Source of the DNA: Myxococcales bacterium
Lineage (GTDB): Bacteria > Myxococcota_A > UBA9042 > JABWCM01 > BTVJ01
DNA length: 64,000 bases
Reading direction: 5' to 3'
Assembly: GCA_045863395.1 (NCBI GenBank)
Contig: BTVJ01000002.1
Location: forward strand, 128,001-192,000
This document shows positions 18,724 to 27,151 of the stretch, piece by piece. How positions within the stretch are numbered: position 1 is the stretch's first letter; each line of letters starts with the position of its first letter. Position numbers and translations under genes: made by a program. The notes beneath the pieces are model-generated. The model worked only from the letters and a program-made list of their open reading frames with translations. It was not told the DNA's origin and made no database searches.

Positions 18724-19470
18724 TGTGAGTCACTTCCTTGCGCTGGGATGGATGTGCCCGATGGTCGAGCGATGCACACGGGGCCGCAGTGAGGTCCATG
18801 CCGTTGGCCGGGTCGGCTCCGGTGGACGGGCGGTTGGTGTCGGGTCGCGGGGCGAGCGCGGGTGCTGGGTGAGGCGCCAGAGCGGCCTGGTCGAGAGGGT
18901 GGGTGGGGCTCGTGTCCCGACTCTGGCCGTGCCGCACGCGGACCCAGGCCCGGGCGCGGTTCCGCGGTGGCCGCCTGGGCAGTGCGCGCAGGTTCGGCGG
19001 TCAGTGGTCGTCTGCGCCGGCCACTCGGAGGCTTCGCGGCAAAGAGGGTGCCGCCTGCGTGCGTTGCCTTGGCGCGCGCGCCGACGTGGCGTCTGTCGCG
19101 CACGTCACGATGCCTCGAGTCCTGGCGGTCCCTGCCCAGGAGCAGGCGCTGCCGGCGAGCCTCTACGTGCACCGCGACACCCAGGGCATGGGCGACAGCA
19201 TGTCTGCAGACGCCCTGGGAGTCGCGAGGTCTCTTCCGTGCATGGTGCGTGCTCCTCGAGAGAGCGTCTACTCTAGGGGACGGCTCCGGGGGACGTCAAC
19301 AGCGGATGGCCTCGCTCGACGTTCGATGGGCAGGCTGTCCCGCGGTGTGGAGATGTCCTGGTCCCGACAGGATGGTGGAGGTTTCCTCAACACGGGTGGC
19401 TGACCGTGGCGGCACCGAGCACCCTGCCTCGTCCCCGGCGACGTGCCGCAGCGCCTCCCCGCACCTACGC

Positions 19471-20622
19471 TCACAGCGACCCCTGGAGGAGCACGGCGAT
19501 GTGCCAGAAGTCGTCTGCCGTCGTCGGGCGGTCCGGGTAGATGTCGACGGGGATGACCACCGACAGGAAGGGGAAGGCCACGGACGTCTGGATGCGGACT
19601 CCTGCCCGCACCCCGTCTCCATCCACCGCGACAGGCGCCCCGACGCCCAGGCCCAGCGATGGAATCAGAAGGAGGAAGGGGAGGGCGGCCTCGACCGTGG
19701 GGACGATGAGCGCCCTCGTCTGGAAGTCTGTCTCCACGGCCAGCGCGTAGAGGAGCCAGGACGGGGCGGCTATCTCGTAGCCGAGGCGACCGCGCGCCTC
19801 GTAGGGCGAATTCACCCGGGCGCCAATCGCCAGGAAGGGGCCGCCGTGGATCACCGGGGGAGCATCCTCTCGCAGCCAGAGGTCGATGTCACCTCCCGTC
19901 GTCGTCCACCGGTCTCCGTCCGGCACCCACCCACCGCGTTCGACCTCGAGGCGGCCCGAGACCTCCGCGCTCACGCTGCTCGTCGCGCCGTCGGGCGTCG
20001 AGACATGGATGTGCCACGTCGTGTCCGCGTCGTCGCCGACCAGGAGCGGGTGCCGCGTCTGCACCGCGGTGAGCGCCCACGTGGTGCGCTGCCACTCCGG
20101 GGGAGGCGCCAGCACTCCCGTGAGGCGGACCTCGACGCGCGCGCCAGGGGGCGCTGCGGTCATGAGCGTCACCTGTCCCCCACCGTCCGTCGTCGGGGCG
20201 CCCGCCTGGGCCGGATCTGCCACGCAGCCCTCGCAGCGGCCGCCCTGGCAGCACTGGACGTCCTGGACCGTGAGCCAGGCGCCCCGCAGGACTCCTCGCA
20301 GCGTCCCGCCGGTGTCCCCGCAGGTGGCCGCCCACACGGCGCGCACGTCACACCGCAGGCCCCCGTCCCGGGCACAGCGGATCCAGACATCTCCAGACGT
20401 CACCGCGGCCCCGCTCTCCCATCGCGGCCCCTCGAGGGTGCCCGAGAAGCGGCGCGGGGCCGGGATGGCGCCGGCTGGCCCCGCGAGGGACGCCAGGGTC
20501 AGGGCGATGACCACCACTGCACGCCCAGCCCAGCCGCCAGCTTCCCGCTCCCGCGGTCCTGCCGCTCGCCGTCCTGGCTCCCCACCGTCTCTGGTGCTCG
20601 TAGCTGCGTCCCTGCGGGTCAT
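19471..20622 (-). CDS. Hypothetical exported protein with a beta-strand-rich C-terminus
   Basis: GGAGG RBS; hydrophobic signal-like stretch; small Cys cluster; amphipathic strands at the C-terminus. Confidence 0.6.
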   Translation of the reverse strand: MTRRDAATSTRDGGEPGRRAAGPREREAGGWAGRAVVVIALTLASLAGPAGAIPAPRRFSGTLEGPRWESGAAVTSGDVWIRCARDGGLRCDVRAVWAATCGDTGGTLRGVLRGAWLTVQDVQCCQGGRCEGCVADPAQAGAPTTDGGGQVTLMTAAPPGARVEVRLTGVLAPPPEWQRTTWALTAVQTRHPLLVGDDADTTWHIHVSTPDGATSSVSAEVSGRLEVERGGWVPDGDRWTTTGGDIDLWLREDAPPVIHGGPFLAIGARVNSPYEARGRLGYEIAAPSWLLYALAVETDFQTRALIVPTVEAALPFLLLIPSLGLGVGAPVAVDGDGVRAGVRIQTSVAFPFLSVVIPVDIYPDRPTTADDFWHIAVLLQGSL

Positions 20623-20711
20623 CGCGTCCTCCATGCCCCGTCCAACGCCCACCAGGCTCCGAGCTTACACCCACTGGCGCTTCCCCCCGACCTCGGACTA
20701 CCATGGCTCCC

Positions 20712-23273
20712 ATGCGCGCCTCCGCCCTCATGGCCGCCCTCGTCGTGGCCTTCACCGCTGCCCCCGCCGCCGCCAAGGACACCTGGACCACCCCCTACCC
20801 GGGCGTCAAGCGGCTGCACCGCACGACCAGCGATCCGCTGCACATCCACGCCCTGGTCGTCGACCTGTGCGTACCCGGGGTCAGCCTGCGCGCCACGGCC
20901 GGCGGCGAGCGCAAGCGGACCGTGTCGTCCTTCGGGAAGCTCGTGTCTGCTGAGGCTGCCGTCAACGGGGACTTCTTCAGCTACGCCACCTACGGGACGT
21001 CCGGCCTCGCCATGGGGAATGGCGGCAAGTGGGCGGACACGAAGGACACCAGCTCCTCGGGCTTCGTGGCGTTCGGGCAGATCCTCGCCGAGCTCTCCTT
21101 GCCGAGCGCCGTCGTGGATGCTCCACCCGGCGCCACCGAGGTGGTCTCGGGGCGCCCCCTGATCGTCAAGGACGGCGCAGTGCCCGCCATCAACTGCACT
21201 TCGCACTACTGCGAGCTGCACCCGCGCACCGCGGTGGGGCTCTCGAAGGACCGGCGCACCCTGTACCTCGTGGTCGTGGACGGTCGGACCACGAAGAGCA
21301 TTGGCGTCACGTGCAAGAAGCTCGGCGCCATCCTCGTCGACCTCGGGGCGCACGTCGGTCTGAACCTCGACGGCGGGGGCTCGTCGGCCATGTGGGTGGC
21401 GAAGAGCGGGGTCGTCAACGACCCCTCGGACGGCAACGAGCGCGTCGTCGCCAACCACCTCGCCGTGCAGGCCAACGGCCTCGGCGCCGGGTCGGCGCCC
21501 ATGTGCGTCGAGGACCCCACGGAAGAAGTGCTGCACCTGACCGCGGGCCTGGACGCGGCCGAGTCCACCGACTTCGACGGCGACGGCCGGGCCGACGCCT
21601 GCGCCCGCGCTGCGGCCGGGTTCCGGTGCCACCCCTCCACGGGCGCCGGCTTCGGCGCCGCCGCGAACATCGCCGACCTGAGCAACGCCGCCGGCTTCGA
21701 TGACCCGGCCAACTGGGCGACCATCCGCATGGGGGACGTCACCGGGGACGGGCGCGCCGACGTGTGCGCCCGCACGGACCTCGGGTTGCGCTGCTGGCCG
21801 TCCACGGGCGCCGGCTTCGGCCCGCCAATCACGGGCCCCGAGCTCTCCGACGCCCAAGGGTGGGCCAAGCTGTCTCACGCCACGACCCTGCGCCTCGGAG
21901 ACATTGACGGAGACGGCCGCGCCGACCTGTGCGCCCGCGCCGGCAAGGGGATGCTCTGCTGGCGGTCCCTCGGAGACTCCTTCGCCCCATCGGTCCCGGG
22001 CCCCGAGTGGTCGAATGCCGCAGGCTGGGACACCCCCGAGCGCTACGGGACCATCCGCATGGCGGACGTGGACGGCGATGGGCGCGCCGACCTGTGCGGC
22101 CTGTCCCCCACCGGAGTCGAGTGCTGGCTGTCCGACGGCGCGGGCTTCCCGACCCTGGTGTCCGGCCCTGCGTGGAAGGCCGGCTGGTCCAAGCTCGCGT
22201 ACTGGAGCACGCTGCGCGTTGCCGACGTGGACGGAGACGGCCTTGCCGATGTCTGCGCCCGCTCGGCAAAAGGGCTGGTCTGCCACCTGAGCCAAGGGAC
22301 CTCCTTCGGGCCCGCCCTCCAGTCCGACTTCATGTCCGACGCGAGCGGCTGGTGGGAGCAGTCCAACTACCTGACCCTGCGCCTCGGAGACATCGACGGC
22401 GATGGCGACCTCGACGCCTGCGCCCGGGCAAACAAGCTCGTCGTCTGCAAGAAGTGGACAGCCACCGGATTCTCGGGCGCCACCATCGACGGCCCGACGC
22501 TCTCGGATGAGTCGGGGTGGCACCCCTTCCGCTTCTTCCGCTCCCTGCGCCTTGCGGACGTCGATGGCGACGGGCGCGACGACGTGTGCGCCCGGGGCTC
22601 GGCCGGCCTCTCGTGCTGGAAGTCCACCGGCGCCGCCTTCCCGACCAAGATCACGGGCCCACCATGGAGCGACGACTCTGGCTGGGGGGCGCCCCAATAC
22701 TATGGTACAGTGAGACTCGCCACCGCGAGGGTGCTGCCCGTCATCGCGCCCCCGGACCCCGGGGAGGACATCTCGCCCGATGCAGGACCAGACGCCGGGA
22801 GTGACGCCGGAGCGAGCGACGCTCCGGACCATGGCGCTGACACCGCGGGTGACGCGGCCGAGCCCCCGGGCCCGCCCGGCGACATCTCGGCCCCCACCGA
22901 CGACGTCGCGGGTGAGGCCGACAGCGAGACGCCCACTCCCCACGATGACGCCGCCGAGCCGGGTCCAGGCTGGGGCGACCCGGGTGGCGGGCCGTCCTGG
23001 GGCACCCCCCGCAACGGCGCCGACGCCTGGACGGCCGACGCCTGGGCCGCAGACACGTCGACCCCCTCCGAGTGGGCACCCGCCGCCCCGCACAGCTCCG
23101 ATTCGGGCTCCGTCTCTGGCGGGTGCGGATTGGTGTCCGGCGCATCCACGCTCTGGCTCCTCGCGGTGCTCCTCGTCGGCAGGGCCGCCGTCAGTCGTGC
23201 TCGCACACATACGAGTAGGACTCGGAGCACCCGACGTCCACCCACGGCGCGCCGTCCCAGCCCACCCCGATGA
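20712..23273 (+). CDS. Phosphodiester glycosidase (NAGPA/DUF2233) with FG-GAP/VCBS repeats and a MYXO-CTERM-like tail
   Basis: AVNGDFF, HPRTAVG, VDGR, LNLDGGGSS; 7 D-x-[DT]-G-D-G repeats; acidic linker then SGGCG...WLLAVLLVGR. Alternative start 20703. Confidence 0.85.
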   Translation: MRASALMAALVVAFTAAPAAAKDTWTTPYPGVKRLHRTTSDPLHIHALVVDLCVPGVSLRATAGGERKRTVSSFGKLVSAEAAVNGDFFSYATYGTSGLAMGNGGKWADTKDTSSSGFVAFGQILAELSLPSAVVDAPPGATEVVSGRPLIVKDGAVPAINCTSHYCELHPRTAVGLSKDRRTLYLVVVDGRTTKSIGVTCKKLGAILVDLGAHVGLNLDGGGSSAMWVAKSGVVNDPSDGNERVVANHLAVQANGLGAGSAPMCVEDPTEEVLHLTAGLDAAESTDFDGDGRADACARAAAGFRCHPSTGAGFGAAANIADLSNAAGFDDPANWATIRMGDVTGDGRADVCARTDLGLRCWPSTGAGFGPPITGPELSDAQGWAKLSHATTLRLGDIDGDGRADLCARAGKGMLCWRSLGDSFAPSVPGPEWSNAAGWDTPERYGTIRMADVDGDGRADLCGLSPTGVECWLSDGAGFPTLVSGPAWKAGWSKLAYWSTLRVADVDGDGLADVCARSAKGLVCHLSQGTSFGPALQSDFMSDASGWWEQSNYLTLRLGDIDGDGDLDACARANKLVVCKKWTATGFSGATIDGPTLSDESGWHPFRFFRSLRLADVDGDGRDDVCARGSAGLSCWKSTGAAFPTKITGPPWSDDSGWGAPQYYGTVRLATARVLPVIAPPDPGEDISPDAGPDAGSDAGASDAPDHGADTAGDAAEPPGPPGDISAPTDDVAGEADSETPTPHDDAAEPGPGWGDPGGGPSWGTPRNGADAWTADAWAADTSTPSEWAPAAPHSSDSGSVSGGCGLVSGASTLWLLAVLLVGRAAVSRARTHTSRTRSTRRPPTARRPSPPR

Positions 23274-24690
23274 TCGCGCATTTCTCGGTGCCGGAGTCGT
23301 CGGGCTCCCCGGGCTCCCCGGGAGCCCAGGGAGGCCCATAGAGCACGTCCTCTCCGGTGACCCACTTCCACGCTCCCTCGGAGCCGCTGTCCGTCAGCCC
23401 GATCCACCAGTGCGAGGTGCTCACGGCCGCTGCGATGCCGGCGACGAAGGCGTTCTCGGCAGCGCTCTGGATTGTCACCAGGTGATACCCGTCGCCGGCG
23501 CTGGCGCAGTTGTTCTTCGCGGTGTTCCAGGTGACCTTGCCGCTGCACAGGAGGTAGGTGCGGCCCTCCTTGTGGACGGAGGGGCAGGGGCAGCCCGCCT
23601 CGTCCACCTCGCCATCGCAGTCGTCGTCCAGCCCGTTGCACTCCTCGGGCGGACCGCTCTCCGGGTCACAGGGGCCCGCCACCCCCCCCACGCACGCCGG
23701 TACCTCGAAGCTGCAGGCCCCACTGCCACACGGGACCGTCCCGAGCTCCTCATCCGTGAGCCCGTCGCAGTCGTCGTCCTTGCCGTTGCAGACCTCGTCC
23801 TTGGCGCCCGCCGTCGGTCCCGTACACTCCCCTGGCTTGCCGCCGAAGCAGGCAGGGACCGTGTGCGCGCAGGCCCCGACACCGCACGGGAGGCTGCCCA
23901 GGTCCTCGTCCGTCTTCCCGTCGCAGTCGTCGTCCTTGCCGTTGCAGACCTCCTCCGTCGCTCCCTCCAGGGGATCACACAGGTTCGCGTTTCCCCCCAC
24001 ACACTTCGGCACGAGGCGGGCGCAGACCCCGACGCCGCAGACCATGTCGCCGAGGCCCTCGTCGGTCTCGCCGTTGCAGTCGTCGTCTGCGCCGTTGCAG
24101 ACCTCCGTGACGGGCTCCGCGGCCGGGCACTCCACCCCGCACGTGGTCGGGGCCTCGCATGCCCCGGCCGCGCACACCGTCGGCGCGTCCTCGTAACCCT
24201 CCAGGCACGGGCACTCCTTGCCGGGCCAGGGCACGCAATATCCGGCTCGGTCGCAGGCCAGACCGCCCGGGCAGGGAGACTCCTCACAGGGAACGGAGCA
24301 GAATCGCCCTGTCTCCCCCGCGATGCGGCAGAGCGCCTCGCCGCCGCAGTCGGCGTCCGTCATGCAAGGCCGGCATTGGAGGCAGTCGTCGTCGAGGCAG
24401 GGGTTTCCGGGTGTGCCGCTGTCAGTCGGGGACGAGTCTCCTCCCCCGGCCCCCCCCGAGTCGACCGCCCCGGTGTCCGCGGGTCCGCCGGATCCTCCGG
24501 AGTCGGTCGCATCCTCCGACCTCGGAGTCACTGCATCCAGGCCCTCACTGTCGTCGCCGCCCCACCCGTCGGCCGCCGCCAGCCCTGGGATGTCATCGAG
24601 CGCCCAGCCCCCCGAGCCGCCGCCAGGAGCATCCCCCGCCGAGCAGCCGACGACGATGCAGAGGGCGAGACAGGCAGGGCGGAGCGTCAT
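23191..24690 (-). CDS. Lipoprotein with MopE-like Cys/Asp repeats and a C-terminal C-type lectin domain
   Basis: VVGC lipobox; 4x E-[VE]-CNG-x-DDDC-x-G; lectin motifs HLVTIQSAAENAF, WIGLTD, EPDD, WVD..C..YVCE. Confidence 0.85.
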   Translation of the reverse strand: MTLRPACLALCIVVGCSAGDAPGGGSGGWALDDIPGLAAADGWGGDDSEGLDAVTPRSEDATDSGGSGGPADTGAVDSGGAGGGDSSPTDSGTPGNPCLDDDCLQCRPCMTDADCGGEALCRIAGETGRFCSVPCEESPCPGGLACDRAGYCVPWPGKECPCLEGYEDAPTVCAAGACEAPTTCGVECPAAEPVTEVCNGADDDCNGETDEGLGDMVCGVGVCARLVPKCVGGNANLCDPLEGATEEVCNGKDDDCDGKTDEDLGSLPCGVGACAHTVPACFGGKPGECTGPTAGAKDEVCNGKDDDCDGLTDEELGTVPCGSGACSFEVPACVGGVAGPCDPESGPPEECNGLDDDCDGEVDEAGCPCPSVHKEGRTYLLCSGKVTWNTAKNNCASAGDGYHLVTIQSAAENAFVAGIAAAVSTSHWWIGLTDSGSEGAWKWVTGEDVLYGPPWAPGEPGEPDDSGTEKCAIIGVGWDGAPWVDVGCSESYSYVCEHD

Positions 24691-24752
24691 GGGGGACCTC
24701 ACGGCAGGGGACCTTCGCACGCTACCACGGCGGCGGTCCCGAAGCGATGCTC

Positions 24753-26006
24753 TCAGAGCCCCAGCGCCTCGATGTCGGCGCTGGTGCACTCTGCAGGGGC
24801 GGTCACGGGGTTGCACCGGCTCGGCGTACCGCCGGGGATCTCACACACGTAGTCGATGCCCTCCACGGGCGCCGGGTAGTCGCTGCTGATCATGTGCGCG
24901 CCGCTCTTGAGCGCGGCGTCCCGTCGCCCCACCTGCTTCTCCACGAGCGTTCCATGGTCCGTGTCCCCCCGGGTGCGCACGATGAAGCCCGCCGACACAG
25001 CCTCGGCGATGGCGTCTGCGTCGCCCACGGGGTCGTCCAGCAGCAGGATCCCGGCCCAGGCGTCGTTCACCCCCCCATCTGCAAACATCACGCGGCCCTC
25101 CAACGACGGGTGCCCGACCAGATACTCGTCGCGGTGGGCGCCGCTGTCGAGCAAGGTGACCACCAGCTTCCCCCGGGTCTGCCCCAGGGTCGGCCACCCC
25201 TCCGCAATGATCGCCTCCCGCAGCGTCGGGAAGCCCCCACGCACGTCGTCCGGGGTCAGGACGCGAGAGCGGTCCCACACCTCCAGGATGGCGGCATCCA
25301 GCTCGGCGATGTGCCCCTTGAGCTTGACGGGGTCCACCTCGTCCTTGGGCTCGATGAGGATGAAGATCGCGTGGTGGCCCGGGTGGGCATCCGACCACTT
25401 GAGCACCACGGTCAGACACTCGTGGAGAGTCTCACAGGTCGTCACCCCGTCCAGGATGGGGATGTGCTTCACCGTGAACCCAACCGGCGGCTCCAGGTGC
25501 ACGTCCAGCTCGAACTGGCGGACCCCCTGGGCGCCGAGCTGCACGTCGAGGGGCTCGTGGCTGTAGGCCCAGTCGGAGAGCGTCGTGTCCGGGGGCTGTA
25601 CGTGGTAGCTGTTGTGTGTGCCCAGCGCCTGCAGGTGGTTCAGGCGGAGCACGTCGTCGAGCGGGTAGTCCGGGGAGTGCACGTCCGGCGCTCCGGCGTC
25701 CTCGGGAGGCTGGCCCGCGTCTCCGCCGGTCCCGTCGTCGGCAGCATCCACGGCCACAGTGGCGTCCACCGCCGTCGCGTCCGCGTCTCCCCGCGCGTCT
25801 CCCCGCGCGTCCAAGAGCACGTCCCCCAGGGCGTCCATCACGGCGTCGTCCGCCCCAGTCACGTCCGAAGCCGCCCCAACGTCCGCCGCACCCGGGACGT
25901 CCGCCCCGGCCACTCCCCCATCCACGCCCCCCGGGCCGCCGTCCGACTCGCCCCCGCACCCCGCGAGCATCACCGCCAGGAGCGCCGCAACCCCACGCAA
26001 TCTCAC
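24753..26006 (-). CDS. PI-PLC-like phosphodiesterase lipoprotein (Ca2+-dependent PI-PLC family)
   Basis: GAGGAGG RBS; LAGC lipobox; LGTHNSYH, GVRQFELDVH, IEPKD, SGAHMISSDYP. Confidence 0.82.
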   Translation of the reverse strand: MRLRGVAALLAVMLAGCGGESDGGPGGVDGGVAGADVPGAADVGAASDVTGADDAVMDALGDVLLDARGDARGDADATAVDATVAVDAADDGTGGDAGQPPEDAGAPDVHSPDYPLDDVLRLNHLQALGTHNSYHVQPPDTTLSDWAYSHEPLDVQLGAQGVRQFELDVHLEPPVGFTVKHIPILDGVTTCETLHECLTVVLKWSDAHPGHHAIFILIEPKDEVDPVKLKGHIAELDAAILEVWDRSRVLTPDDVRGGFPTLREAIIAEGWPTLGQTRGKLVVTLLDSGAHRDEYLVGHPSLEGRVMFADGGVNDAWAGILLLDDPVGDADAIAEAVSAGFIVRTRGDTDHGTLVEKQVGRRDAALKSGAHMISSDYPAPVEGIDYVCEIPGGTPSRCNPVTAPAECTSADIEALGL

Positions 26007-27151
26007 GAGCACACCTCCTCGACGCGCCGCACGAGCCGCGCGAGCCCCTCGCCAAATATGGCCGGGGGCGTGATCAGGCTCACGACCGCGTGACCCTCGG
26101 TCGCGAAGTCGAAGAACCACCCGGGCTGGACGACGACGCCGTCCTCCAGAAACGCCAGCGCCCACGCCTCGTCGCTCAGCGCACGAGGGAGACGCACGAC
26201 GGCGTACCAGCCTCCGTCGGCGTGCAGGAGGTTCGCAGAGGCCCCCCGCAGCGCCTCCCCCGCCTGCCGCCAATTGTCGCGCACCCGCCCTAGAATCTGC
26301 GCCCGCACGCCGTCACCCGCGGCCAACAGCGCCGGCAGCGTCGCCTGCACGGGGGTCCCCACCGACAAGAACGTGTCCGCGATGATCTCCAGGCGCTCCA
26401 GAGCCCCCAAGACCAGCCCCTCGGGCCCGTCGAGGCGGATCCACCCGAGCTTCATCTGCGGCAGACCCGCCGACTTGGACAGGCCCCCGAGTCCGAAGAG
26501 GAGCGCGTCACGGCTCCGCAGATACCGCTCCGAGTACCCAGGATCCAGCGGGTAGTCGGCGAAGACCTCGTCCACGATCAGCGCGAGCCCCCGCTCCGCC
26601 GCCAGCGACTCCAGCGCGGCAGACTCCTCCTGCCGCACGTAGGAGCCCGTGGGGTTGTTGGGGCTGACCAGCAGGATGGCGCGGGTGCGGGGCCCCACCG
26701 CTTCGCGCACCGCCTCCACGTCCACGTGCCACTCCCCCGCGTACACGAGGGGCCAGGGGCGTGCGACCACGTCGTCGAGCTGCGCCAGGTACTCCAGGAG
26801 GGGGTAGCTCGGGGCCGGCACCAGCACCTCGTCGCCCGGGTCGCAGAGCAGCCGCAGCAGGAAGGAGTAGGACTCGCTGGAGCTCGCCGTCAGCAGCAGC
26901 CGGTCGGCACGCACTTCCACGCCGCGCTCGGCCAGCGCACCCGCGACGGCCGCCCGCGCCGCAGGGAGCCCGAGGGGCGCCGGGTCATACCGCCCATCCC
27001 CGAGCACCACGGGCGGATACGAGAACCCCGCCGTCGTGGGGTTGCCCCCGGTCAGGTCCAGCAGGGGTGCCCCGGCGGCCCGCAGCTCCGCGAGCCTGCG
27101 CGCCAGGGCGTTCTCGGTGAGACTCCAGCTCGTCCTTCGGGAGAACCTCAC
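26003..27151 (-). CDS. PLP-dependent aminotransferase, class I/II
   Basis: VSPNNPTGS, IVDEVF, GGLSKSAGLPQMKLGW (PLP lysine); GTGA overlaps at both ends. Confidence 0.9.
   Translation of the reverse strand: MRFSRRTSWSLTENALARRLAELRAAGAPLLDLTGGNPTTAGFSYPPVVLGDGRYDPAPLGLPAARAAVAGALAERGVEVRADRLLLTASSSESYSFLLRLLCDPGDEVLVPAPSYPLLEYLAQLDDVVARPWPLVYAGEWHVDVEAVREAVGPRTRAILLVSPNNPTGSYVRQEESAALESLAAERGLALIVDEVFADYPLDPGYSERYLRSRDALLFGLGGLSKSAGLPQMKLGWIRLDGPEGLVLGALERLEIIADTFLSVGTPVQATLPALLAAGDGVRAQILGRVRDNWRQAGEALRGASANLLHADGGWYAVVRLPRALSDEAWALAFLEDGVVVQPGWFFDFATEGHAVVSLITPPAIFGEGLARLVRRVEEVCS

Noticed and set aside
18740..18812. Third attC site upstream of the yjhP-like gene
   Set aside because: GGCCAAC is present on the minus strand, but there is no complementary arm or GTT core.
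18903..19403. 166-aa ORF as a gene or transposase remnant
   Set aside because: No motif, no RBS and poor codon bias; cannot be supported.
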